63,895 bases of DNA from Candidatus Omnitrophota bacterium (GTDB taxonomy: Bacteria; Omnitrophota; Gorgyraeia; Duberdicusellales; 4484-171): assembly GCA_014729775.1 (NCBI GenBank), contig WJJJ01000032.1:1-63895 (forward strand), given 5' to 3'. Numbering within the stretch: the first letter of the stretch is position 1; each line of letters opens with the position of its first letter. Below the pieces are notes generated by a model. It had not been told where the DNA came from. It made no database searches and was given only the letters and a program-made list of their open reading frames with translations. Position numbers and translations under genes: made by a program. Positions 36,416-44,556 of the stretch are shown here, piece by piece.

Positions 36416-37951
36416 ATGGCGCAGGCGAGAAAAAAAAAGACCGCAAAAAAAGAAAAGGTCATTATTTTTGATACCACGCTGCGGGACGGTGAGCAGGCGC
36501 CGGGCGCGTCGTTGACGTCGGAAGAAAAGCTGGAAGTTGCGCATCAGCTTGAGCTGCTCGGCGTCAACGTGCTTGAAGCCGGTTTCCCCATCGCCAGCCC
36601 GGATGATTTTTACGCGGTAAAGCTGATCGCTTCCCGCATGAAAAAAAGCGCGGTCTGCGCGCTGGCACGTTGTAAAGACGAGGATATCAATGCCGCGCGT
36701 GATTCGCTGAAAAAAGCGAAGCATCCCCGGATCCACGTGTTCCTGGCCACGTCGAAGATCCACCTGAAGTACAAATTCAAAAAGGCCGAAGAGGAAATTC
36801 TCGAGCTTGCCGTGCGTGCGGTAAGACGCGCCCGTAAGTTCTGTCCGGATATCGAGTTCTCTCCGGAAGACGCGACCCGTTCCGACCGGGAATTCCTTTA
36901 TCGCGTGATTGAGGCCGCGATCGACAGCGGCGCGCGTACGATCAACATTCCGGACACGGTCGGGTACAGCTATCCCCAGGAGATCCAGGCGCTCATCGAA
37001 GACATATTTTCGCACGTGCCCAACATCGGCAAGGCGGTGATTTCGATTCACTGTCATAACGATTTAGGGCTGGCCACGGCGAATTCCCTGTCGGCGGTGC
37101 TCGCGGGCGCGCGGCAGATCCATTGTACGCTCAACGGGATCGGAGAGCGCGCCGGCAACGCGTCGCTGGAAGAGCTGGTCATGGCGATGAAGGTGCGGCG
37201 GAAGGCCTTTCGCGGGGTGTATACCGATATCAATACCAAGGAGATTTACCGGGCGTCGCGTCTGGTGAGTACGCTCACCGGTTTTATGGTCCCGCCGAAC
37301 AAAGCGATCGTGGGACGGAACGCGTTCCGGCACGAATCAGGGATCCATCAGGACGCGATATTAAAGAAGCGCAGTACCTACGAGATCATGAATCCCCGTG
37401 ACATCGGGATCGGGAAGAGTCAGCTGGTTCTGGGGAAGCATTCCGGCCGGCATGCCTTGTTGCAGCGGCTGAAGGATTTAGGGTTTGTCTTGGATAAGAC
37501 CAAGGGAGAGCGGGTATTCTCGCGGTTTAAAGCGCTGGCCGATAAAAAAAAGCAGATCTTCGACGACGATCTCATCGCGCTGGTGGAGGAAGAGATCAGG
37601 AAAAAGAAAAAGATCTGTTCTCTGGTATCAGTGCAGGTCACGACCGGCACCGATATTCCGCCCGAGGCGAAAGTGAAGATCAAATATAAGGGGAAGGTCC
37701 ATGAAGCGCGTTCCGGCGGCGACGGACCGGTCGACGCCTGTTATAAGGCGATCGACAAGATTACTAAAGTCCGGCCCAAATTATTAAGTTACAAGCTTGA
37801 TGCGGTGACCCGCGGCAAGGACGCGCAGGGGATGGTCCGGGTGGAAGTGCAGTATAAGAATAAGACCATTCGCGGGCAGGGCGCCAGTACCGACGTGCTG
37901 GAGGCGTCGGTGAAAGCGTATCTGGACACGTTGAACAAGATTCTCTCGTAG
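36416..37951 (+). CDS. leuA: 2-isopropylmalate synthase
   Basis: 'IIFDTTLRDGEQAPGASLTSEEKLEVAHQLELLGVNVLEAGFP' and 'HCHNDLGLATANSL', with a LeuA allosteric C-terminal domain. Confidence 0.9.
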   Translation: MAQARKKKTAKKEKVIIFDTTLRDGEQAPGASLTSEEKLEVAHQLELLGVNVLEAGFPIASPDDFYAVKLIASRMKKSAVCALARCKDEDINAARDSLKKAKHPRIHVFLATSKIHLKYKFKKAEEEILELAVRAVRRARKFCPDIEFSPEDATRSDREFLYRVIEAAIDSGARTINIPDTVGYSYPQEIQALIEDIFSHVPNIGKAVISIHCHNDLGLATANSLSAVLAGARQIHCTLNGIGERAGNASLEELVMAMKVRRKAFRGVYTDINTKEIYRASRLVSTLTGFMVPPNKAIVGRNAFRHESGIHQDAILKKRSTYEIMNPRDIGIGKSQLVLGKHSGRHALLQRLKDLGFVLDKTKGERVFSRFKALADKKKQIFDDDLIALVEEEIRKKKKICSLVSVQVTTGTDIPPEAKVKIKYKGKVHEARSGGDGPVDACYKAIDKITKVRPKLLSYKLDAVTRGKDAQGMVRVEVQYKNKTIRGQGASTDVLEASVKAYLDTLNKILS

Positions 37952-37974
37952 GCAAAGGAGCTGATTAGCCGGGA

Positions 37975-38433
37975 ATGAAGTATGTACTCAATCTCGTCGC
38001 GCTGGCAGTGATCGGTCTGGTGATTTTCGGTGTAATGAGGTTTAAAAAGTCCGACGCCTACTATACCTACCGCCAAAAGCTCGACGACATCACCTCCGAG
38101 GGGTCCGAATACCTCGAAGTCAAGAAACATAATATCAAAATGGATTACGGCCCGGGCCGCGACAGGCCGATTACCTTCGTGAAACGTGAGACGCTTTTGC
38201 GGGAGTATCTGCCCATGGTTTTCGGGCATTTTTCCGACGAAGAATGGAAGAATTTCTGGGAGATCGTATATAAACCCGTCCCGAAAAAGAAGGGCGACTA
38301 CCGGGTGAAGCAGTACCGTTCTCATTCCGAGATCGAGAGTATTCTTCGCCGCGCCTACCCGAATCCTTTCACCTATTTGAAACCCGAACATTGGAAAGTG
38401 TTCTGGAAAATCGTGGAAGGGGAATATGACTGA
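37975..38433 (+). CDS. hypothetical membrane-anchored protein
   Basis: N-terminal TM 'LNLVALAVIGLVIFGVM' and an internal duplicated motif 'EEWKNFWEIVY' / 'EHWKVFWKIVEG'. No family was recognised. Confidence 0.4.
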   Translation: MKYVLNLVALAVIGLVIFGVMRFKKSDAYYTYRQKLDDITSEGSEYLEVKKHNIKMDYGPGRDRPITFVKRETLLREYLPMVFGHFSDEEWKNFWEIVYKPVPKKKGDYRVKQYRSHSEIESILRRAYPNPFTYLKPEHWKVFWKIVEGEYD

Positions 38434-39319
38434 GCGCGGTCCCCTCTACGGGTTGATCGGCTTTCCCGTCCTTCATTCCTTTTCTCCGGCCATGCATAAT
38501 GCCGCTCTGCGTCATCTGGAAATGGAAGGTGAGTATCTTCTGTTTGAAGTCGCTCCCCAGGAACTTGAGGCGTTTTTCGATTCCGAGACGGTCCGGGATG
38601 CCTCGGGCCGTGAGATCGCGTCGGCATGGATCAGGGGCCTGAACGTCACCGTGCCCCATAAAGAACGGGTGCTGGAATACGTGCAACTGGATAAAGAATC
38701 TTTTTATTTGAAACATCTGGGGGCGGTCAATACGGTCGCCTTCCGGCCGGAGGGAAGGGCCGGGTTTAATACCGACGTGCCGGGATTCTCGTGGCATCTG
38801 CACCAGCTGGACGTTTCACCCGCGGGAAAACGGACTGCGGTTGCCGGCGCCGGCGGGGCCGCCCGCGCGGTCTGTTACGCGCTGGTGCAGAAACAAGTGC
38901 GGAGTCTGGCGATATTCGATATCAAACGCGGCCGGGCCGAAGAAGTCACGGCAATGCTGCGTCGGGCCTGTCCTGAGTTCCGGGGAGAACTCACGGTGGC
39001 CGATTCGGTGCAGGGTCTCAATCTCAAGGAAAAGGATCTGGTAGTCAATGCCACCCCGGTGGGGATGAAACCCGGTGATCCTTCACCGCTGCCGGAAGAC
39101 GAATTGCATGAGGAGCTGTTCGTGTACGATCTTATCTATAATCCCGCGGAGACGCCTCTGCTTGCCGCCGCCCGGCGGCGCGGCGCGCGGGGTTCCAACG
39201 GGCTTGGAATGCTGTTGTCTCAGGGAGCGCTGGCGTTCAGACATTTTACCGGCGAAAGGGCGCCGTTGGAAGTGATGCGGCAGGCGCTGCTGAAAGAAAT
39301 GGAGAAGAAACATGGGTGA
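38426..39319 (+). CDS. aroE: shikimate dehydrogenase
   Basis: 'YGLIGFPVLHSFSPAMHNAA', 'LNVTVPHK' and the NADP motif 'VAGAGGAARAV'. Confidence 0.85.
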   Translation: MTERGPLYGLIGFPVLHSFSPAMHNAALRHLEMEGEYLLFEVAPQELEAFFDSETVRDASGREIASAWIRGLNVTVPHKERVLEYVQLDKESFYLKHLGAVNTVAFRPEGRAGFNTDVPGFSWHLHQLDVSPAGKRTAVAGAGGAARAVCYALVQKQVRSLAIFDIKRGRAEEVTAMLRRACPEFRGELTVADSVQGLNLKEKDLVVNATPVGMKPGDPSPLPEDELHEELFVYDLIYNPAETPLLAAARRRGARGSNGLGMLLSQGALAFRHFTGERAPLEVMRQALLKEMEKKHG

Positions 39320-40136
39320 ACAGATTCTTGTCGTGCTGTTCGGACTTGTCCTGGGAAGTTTCCTCAATGTCTGTATTCACCGGCTTCCGCGCAACAAATC
39401 GATCATATCGCCGGGTTCGTCCTGTTCGCAATGCGGTCATCGTTTGCGGTGGTACGAGAACATCCCGTTGTTGAGCTATCTCCTCCTGCGGGGGCGCTGT
39501 ACCTATTGCCGAAAGAAAATCTCGCTCCGTTATCCGGCAGTGGAGGTGCTGACCGCACTCGCGCTGGCGGTTCTCTACACGCATTTCGGATTGACGCTGG
39601 CGTTTTTCAAGTACGGCTTCTTCTTCTGCATGCTCATTCTTGTGTCGTTCATCGATATCGATTACCACGCCATCCCGGCGACCCTGTGCTTTTTGGGGAT
39701 TGTCGCGGGACTGGCAATTGATCTCGCAGTCAGCATCCTGCGCTTCCGCCAGGGGCAGGTGGATCTGTCTTCCCTGCCGATTTCCCATTCCTTTCGGGGA
39801 CTGGTGTTCGCGCTGGGGTTTACGTATTTATTTAAATTCTTCGGCGATATCCTGATGGGCGTGTATCTGTCGCTGAGGAAGAAAGAATCGATCGAAGGAG
39901 AAACCGAATCCCTTGGGTTGGGAGACGTGGATTTTATGGGAATGGTAGGGGTTTTTCTCGGGAGTTCTTATGCTGTGCTGGTCTTCTTTCTCGCGCCGGT
40001 ATTCGCGGTCATCTATTCGATAGGGGCGCTCATGTTCCGCCGCTCGCATCTCATTCCGTACTTACCGTATTTATCGCTGGCGGCAGTGGTGGCCTTTTTT
40101 TGGGGCCAAAAAATTATTTCTCTGCTGTTATATTAG
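39312..40136 (+). CDS. pilD: prepilin peptidase (A24 family)
   Basis: N-terminal zinc-finger region 'CSQCGHRLRWYENIPLLSYLLLRGRCTYCRKKI' and catalytic Asp motifs 'FIDIDY' and 'GLGDVDFMGMVG'. Confidence 0.85.
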   Translation: MGEQILVVLFGLVLGSFLNVCIHRLPRNKSIISPGSSCSQCGHRLRWYENIPLLSYLLLRGRCTYCRKKISLRYPAVEVLTALALAVLYTHFGLTLAFFKYGFFFCMLILVSFIDIDYHAIPATLCFLGIVAGLAIDLAVSILRFRQGQVDLSSLPISHSFRGLVFALGFTYLFKFFGDILMGVYLSLRKKESIEGETESLGLGDVDFMGMVGVFLGSSYAVLVFFLAPVFAVIYSIGALMFRRSHLIPYLPYLSLAAVVAFFWGQKIISLLLY

Positions 40137-40170
40137 GACTGGAGAGGCGAACTCGAGAAAAGGAGGAGGC

Positions 40171-41301
40171 ATGCGGATACTTACTGCCGGCGAATCTCAC
40201 GGTGCCGGAGAAATAGTCATTATCGAAGGCTTCCCTCAGGGAGTACCGGTTACGGCCGAAGAGGTAAACGCGGAGCTGAAACGGCGTATGTCGGGGTTCG
40301 GGCGCGGCACGCGCATGAAGATTGAACATGACCGGGTCGAATTCCTGGCGGGTTTGAGAAATTTGGTCTCACTGGGCAGTCCGCTGGCGATGTGGGTGAA
40401 AAACAGGGACCAGAAAATATTTCCCCAAAAAAAAGATGCGCTTCCCGCGCTTACCGTTCCCCGTCCGGCGCACGCCGATTTGCCCGGGGCGTTAAAATAC
40501 GGCCACACGGATGTCCGCAATATATTGGAACGCGCCTCCGCCCGGGAGACCGTGGCCCGGGTCTGCGCCGGCAGCGTGTGCAAACAGTTCTTGCGGCGGC
40601 TGAAGATCGTCATCGCCAGTCATACCGTAAGGGTCGGGTCAGTGGCTGCGGAGAAGAAACCCCGGTCGGCGGAGGATATCCGTTTCCGGACGAAAAGGTC
40701 TTCGCTGAACTGTATTGATGCCGCGGCGGAGAAAAAGATGAGGGAAGAAATTTCAGCCGCGGAACGCGCCCGCGACAGTCTCGGCGGGATCTCGGAAATC
40801 TGGGCCGAGGGCCTGGTCCCCGGATTAGGCAGTGTGATGCATTATGACCGCCGTCTTGATTCCCGGATCGCGCACCATCTCATGAGCATTCCCGCGGTCA
40901 AAGGCGTGGAGTTCGGCTTAGGATTTGAATATGCGTCCTGCCGCGGGAGCGAATCACATGATCCGATTCAATACCGCAAATCGAAGGGGTTTCGCCGAAC
41001 GAAAAATAGTTCCGGAGGGATCGACGGAGGAATGTCTACGGGTGAACCGGTCGTCGTCCGGATTGCCATGAAACCGATCGCGACCGTAAGAAAACCGCTG
41101 CCGTCGGCGGATTTGAAGTCAAAAAAGAAAAAGGATGCGATCGTGGAACGGTCGGATACCTGCGCGATTCTTGCCTGCGGCGTGATTGCCGAAAGCATGC
41201 TCGCGATCGCGCTCACGGAGACCGTGCTGGAACAGTTTGGAGACGTGTCTGTGGAGGAGATCCGGCAAAGGTATCAACGCTACAGGCGCCGGGTAAAGTA
41301 A
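40171..41301 (+). CDS. aroC: chorismate synthase
   Basis: 'MRILTAGESHG', 'RPAHADLPGALKYG' and 'ERSDTCA' motifs. Confidence 0.9.
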   Translation: MRILTAGESHGAGEIVIIEGFPQGVPVTAEEVNAELKRRMSGFGRGTRMKIEHDRVEFLAGLRNLVSLGSPLAMWVKNRDQKIFPQKKDALPALTVPRPAHADLPGALKYGHTDVRNILERASARETVARVCAGSVCKQFLRRLKIVIASHTVRVGSVAAEKKPRSAEDIRFRTKRSSLNCIDAAAEKKMREEISAAERARDSLGGISEIWAEGLVPGLGSVMHYDRRLDSRIAHHLMSIPAVKGVEFGLGFEYASCRGSESHDPIQYRKSKGFRRTKNSSGGIDGGMSTGEPVVVRIAMKPIATVRKPLPSADLKSKKKKDAIVERSDTCAILACGVIAESMLAIALTETVLEQFGDVSVEEIRQRYQRYRRRVK

Positions 41302-41322
41302 CACCGGGCACGAGGAGGATAC

Positions 41323-41577
41323 ATGAAACAATATCTGTTATGTGGTATAGTACTCATGGGGTTGGGGTGCGGCGCGCCGCAGAAAGAGCAGTCGTCGCAG
41401 GCCGAAAAGACGCCGGTGTCCGCGGCCGTACAGGAAGAGAAGGAGACGGTGCGTACACCATCACGGCGCGCCGGCCGGAAAAAAGACTGGTTTTTTTCGG
41501 TGCGTGATCCCCGGACCGAAACGGCGGTATATTACGACCAGTACCGGAACGTGGTCGCCCGGGACGAAAAGGAGTGA
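41323..41577 (+). CDS. small putative lipoprotein
   Basis: Lipobox-like 'LMGLGC' at residues 12-17. 84 aa, no recognised family. Confidence 0.35.
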   Translation: MKQYLLCGIVLMGLGCGAPQKEQSSQAEKTPVSAAVQEEKETVRTPSRRAGRKKDWFFSVRDPRTETAVYYDQYRNVVARDEKE

Positions 41578-41581
41578 GCGC

Positions 41582-41947
41582 ATGAAAGAAAGAAGGGAAT
41601 GGATCCGGCTGAGCACCGATGTGAATATCAAATGGACTCCGGTTGATACGGAAGGAGGCCTGTGCGAGTATAACGATCAGGAGAGTAAAAATATCGGTAC
41701 CGGAGGGATCTGCATGTTGGTGGACGAACCGGTAGAGTCCGGCGACTGCGTGTATTTGGAAATAGAACTTCCCAACGCAAGGGTGATCCGGGCCAAGGGC
41801 ATGGTGATCTGGAAAAGCGAGTTCGAGGTGATCGGCGGACAGCAGGAGAACAAGCAGGAGATCGGAGTGAAATTTTACGATTTAGCCGAGGATGACCGTC
41901 ATGAGCTGGAGCGATTCGTATTTTCCAAAGTAAAAAAGGGAAGTTGA
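41582..41947 (+). CDS. PilZ-domain protein (c-di-GMP receptor)
   Basis: An RxxxR motif sits at the N-terminus ('KERREWIRL') and a D/NxSxxG-type motif at 'QESKNIGTGGICM'. About 121 aa from the ATG at 41582. Confidence 0.65.
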   Translation: MKERREWIRLSTDVNIKWTPVDTEGGLCEYNDQESKNIGTGGICMLVDEPVESGDCVYLEIELPNARVIRAKGMVIWKSEFEVIGGQQENKQEIGVKFYDLAEDDRHELERFVFSKVKKGS

Positions 41948-41948
41948 T

Positions 41949-42347
41949 TTGCGGACAAAAGCGAAAAAATCCGTACTTATATTTATCTTCGCCGCGGTTT
42001 CTTTTTCTCTCCCCGGAGTATGCGCGAATTCTTTATACACGAAGTTGGTGGAGGCGCTGTCCGGATCAATGCCCCGGTTGTACGTCGAGGAGATGGCGGA
42101 AAAAAACTCGGGCAAACGAATCGGCGGCAGTGCCGAGCTGGTAAGCGTAAGCGTGAATACCAAAGGGTATACGGTCGCCTATTTGCGTCCGCGTGACGCT
42201 GAAAGCGTGGGGATCGCGGTATTCGTCCTGCCGAACAAAGCGAAGTACGTTCGTTCTTTACCCTCCGGTCACCGGACCAAATTCGTGGGTACCTTCGTAG
42301 GGCTCACCATGAATACGCTCGTCGTCAAGGACGGCTACGTCCGTTAA
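41949..42347 (+). CDS. hypothetical secreted protein
   Basis: TTG start and signal-like 'SVLIFIFAAVSFSLPGVCANS'. No family was recognised. Confidence 0.3.
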   Translation: MRTKAKKSVLIFIFAAVSFSLPGVCANSLYTKLVEALSGSMPRLYVEEMAEKNSGKRIGGSAELVSVSVNTKGYTVAYLRPRDAESVGIAVFVLPNKAKYVRSLPSGHRTKFVGTFVGLTMNTLVVKDGYVR

Positions 42348-42392
42348 AGACTCTTTTCCTGTAACCGTTTCCAGCAAAAGCCGTGATTCCCG

Positions 42393-42422
42393 TTGTTTTG
42401 CCCTCATCCCGCGTGGTATATT
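42393..42422 (+). promoter_or_regulatory. candidate promoter of the riboswitch-led operon
   Basis: TTGTTT (42393-42398), 18 nt spacer, TATATT (42417-42422), with an extended -10 TG at 42414-42415. Confidence 0.4.
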
Positions 42423-42520
42423 CGAATGAAAAGCGCAAACCTCGAAAGGGCAATTTCCGGGTTTTCCGGGATGCGCAAAGCCGCGGGTTCCTCAAGAGAA
42501 CAGCCAGGCTACCGAAGGTT
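42421..42520 (+). ncRNA. GEMM-I-like (c-di-GMP-I) riboswitch aptamer candidate
   Basis: Conserved GEMM-I blocks appear in the correct order. These are 'GCGCAAACC..GAAA', 'GGGCAAU-UUCCGG-GUUUU-CCGGGA-UGCGCAAAGCCGCGGGUUC', a P2 hairpin (GUUC/GAAC with flanking GG/CC and GCC/GGC), and 3' 'GGCUACCGAAGG'. Compare V. cholerae Vc2 '...GGGCAAACC..GAAA..GGGACGCAAAGCC..CCGG...GGUUACCGAUGG', recalled from memory. No covariance-model search was run. Confidence 0.55.
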
Positions 42521-42544
42521 GAAGATTCGGTAGCCTTTTTTTTT
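42507..42544 (+). terminator. intrinsic terminator forming the riboswitch expression platform
   Basis: The 10-bp stem is GGCTACCGAA (42507-42516) / TTCGGTAGCC (42526-42535), with a 9-nt loop and then T9 (42536-42544). The 5' arm is shared with the 3' end of the aptamer. Confidence 0.75.
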
Positions 42545-42615
42545 AATATGCCCTGGTTGACGGGAATGGGGATTCTCTTTCAATCAGTTATTTATCACAC
42601 CAAAGAAGGGGGAGT

Positions 42616-43101
42616 ATGAAGAAGGTATTGTGTTTGTGTGCATTGAGTTTTTTCATCTGTGGGCTCGCGTATCCGTACGGGAACAACGATCCGATGGAAT
42701 TCAGCGTGCGGGGGCATTATGAGCCGAAGCTGGAGGTAGAAATACTCGATACCTATGACAATGATCAGGACACAGAGATTCAAGTCGGCGATCTCCAGCA
42801 GGGCGACAATATCCTGGAGAATTTGGTGAAAATCGGATTTTCCAGCGCGTCACCGTTGAAACGTGAGACTGTACATCTCCGGGCAGAAAATCCGGAGCAG
42901 TTAAAGTTTAAATGGCGCTACAACATGCTTTCCGGCAATACCCATACCGGAGGGGATATGTGGCATGGAAGACGCAGCTGGAACGCGAATTTCAAGGCCG
43001 GAGAATCATTAGAGATCGACGGGAACGTGCTTGTTCCCGAAGATACGCCGGCCGGGAATATCTCGCGTCAATTTACGGTGACGGTAGTCGAATCGTTGTA
43101 A
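42616..43101 (+). CDS. secreted beta-sandwich protein, putative fibre/fimbrial-type subunit
   Basis: Signal peptide 'MKKVLCLCALSFFICGLA'. The C-terminal strand 'LVPEDTPAGNISRQFTVTVVE' resembles the terminal 'aG.Y.g.f.vtv.Y' strand of SCPU/DUF4402-type subunits. RBS is AAGGGGGAG. The family call is tentative. Confidence 0.45.
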   Translation: MKKVLCLCALSFFICGLAYPYGNNDPMEFSVRGHYEPKLEVEILDTYDNDQDTEIQVGDLQQGDNILENLVKIGFSSASPLKRETVHLRAENPEQLKFKWRYNMLSGNTHTGGDMWHGRRSWNANFKAGESLEIDGNVLVPEDTPAGNISRQFTVTVVESL

Positions 43102-43188
43102 CTTCACCTGAATATGATACGGCGCCCCGGCTGTAACCGTAGTCCGGAGGAGCCGGAAACAAACGTCCTTACCGCCGCCCGTCCCTAA

Positions 43189-43240
43189 AGAGAGAGCCTT
43201 CCGCTGATCGAAAAGTGAGAGCGGGAGGCTCTCTCTTTTT
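43189..43240 (+). terminator. strong intrinsic terminator after the first operon gene
   Basis: The 16-bp stem is AGAGAGAGCCTTCCGC / GCGGGAGGCTCTCTCT (one G-U pair), with a 16-nt loop followed by a T-run (43236-43240). Confidence 0.8.
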
Positions 43241-43317
43241 ATAATACTACCTGTAGGGGGATTCGTCTGGGCAAACTGATTGACACTCAATAAATTGTGT
43301 GTTAAGGTAAAGAAAAA

Positions 43318-44556
43318 ATGAACAGAATACTTGCCGCCTGCACTTTTTTTCTTTGCTGCTGTCTGTTTCCGTTCGGTGCGGTCCCCCTTTCCATTACCGC
43401 CCGCCCGCCGAGTTTCGATCTTTATTGCGCTCCCCGTTCCGTGCGTACCTTTGTGCTGGAAGTGAATAATACCAACGAAAACCGGGAGCTGGAGCTGAAG
43501 CTCTCCGTGGAAAGTCTTTCTTTCGACCCCGACGGCAATATCAATTTTCGCACACTGGAGAAAGATCCCGAAGGTGTGGCCAGCTGGATACAGCTTCCCG
43601 TTACTAGGGTGAAACTCGCGCCGCAGGAAGACCGAGAAATTCCGCTGCGGCTCAGGGTGCCGCCCAAGATCCCGACCGGCGGCTACTACGCCGCGGTGAT
43701 CGTGGAACCGGCCCAAGATACGGCCGCGCCGCGTACCGGGTTAAACGTATCGGTGCGGCTGGCGTCGATTGTCAGGATCACGGTGCGGGGCCAGGATCCT
43801 CTGCGCAAAGACGCGCGCGTCGCTTCCGTCGAACAGATCACCGGACCGGTTGATCCGGAAGAGCTGACCGAAGCGGAGGTCCAGGGTATCAGGGGGAAGG
43901 TCGCGGAAGCATTTCCCAATACCAACGGACTGTTTTTCATCGCCAAGGTGGAAAACACCGGGAATATTCACGTGGAAACCGAGGGGAGTATTTTAGTGAG
44001 AACCGGGGAGAGACGCCGGGCCGGGATGGCCAAGTTTGCCGCCGAACGGGGGATTGTGTATCCGGGGTCGTCCCGTTTATTTGTGGCTCACTTTCCTTAT
44101 TTTCTCGCGGAAGGCGACTACATCGCGGAAGTGCGGCTGGGGTACGGCGGTGCGCGGCCGTTAATCCAGAAATTCCCGTTTACGATTCGCGTGGCGCGTG
44201 ACGGCACGGACGAAAGCGGGGATATCTTTTCGCCGCTGGAGATCATTCCGAAGGAGATCGAACTTTCCGCGGTGCCCGGCGCGTTCCGTACTCAGAAGGT
44301 ATTGGTGTTCAACAGGTTGAGGGAAGATCTCGCGCTCTCGGTATCGGCGCGGGGTGCCCTCAGGGAATGGATTCAATTCGTACAGCCGGTAGTGCCGATA
44401 AAAGAGGCACAGGAAAAAAATATAATTTTCAGAGTAAGGGTGCCTCGCTCCGCGGAGCCGGGTGACTATGCGGGGATGCTGGTACTCGAAGATGCCGCTG
44501 CCGGCATTCGGGAGGAGATCCCGGCGGTCATTACTCTTCATTCAAGGACAAGATGA
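43318..44556 (+). CDS. secreted protein with two Ig-like (NEW3/DUF916-like) beta-sandwich modules
   Basis: Signal peptide 'MNRILAACTFFLCCCLFPFGAVP'. Module 1 is 'FDLYCAPRSVRTFVLEVNNT...LRLRVPPKIPTGGYYAAVIVEP'. Module 2 is 'IELSAVPGAFRTQKVLVFNR...FRVRVPRSAEPGDYAGMLVLED'. Both end in the P..P.G.Y motif typical of such folds. Confidence 0.5.
   Translation: MNRILAACTFFLCCCLFPFGAVPLSITARPPSFDLYCAPRSVRTFVLEVNNTNENRELELKLSVESLSFDPDGNINFRTLEKDPEGVASWIQLPVTRVKLAPQEDREIPLRLRVPPKIPTGGYYAAVIVEPAQDTAAPRTGLNVSVRLASIVRITVRGQDPLRKDARVASVEQITGPVDPEELTEAEVQGIRGKVAEAFPNTNGLFFIAKVENTGNIHVETEGSILVRTGERRRAGMAKFAAERGIVYPGSSRLFVAHFPYFLAEGDYIAEVRLGYGGARPLIQKFPFTIRVARDGTDESGDIFSPLEIIPKEIELSAVPGAFRTQKVLVFNRLREDLALSVSARGALREWIQFVQPVVPIKEAQEKNIIFRVRVPRSAEPGDYAGMLVLEDAAAGIREEIPAVITLHSRTR

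Noticed and set aside
42383-42619. 78-aa ORF spanning the riboswitch/terminator region.
   Set aside because: It reads straight through the aptamer, the terminator stem and the T9 tract, and ends inside the next gene's start. It has no RBS. The RNA element explains the sequence better.
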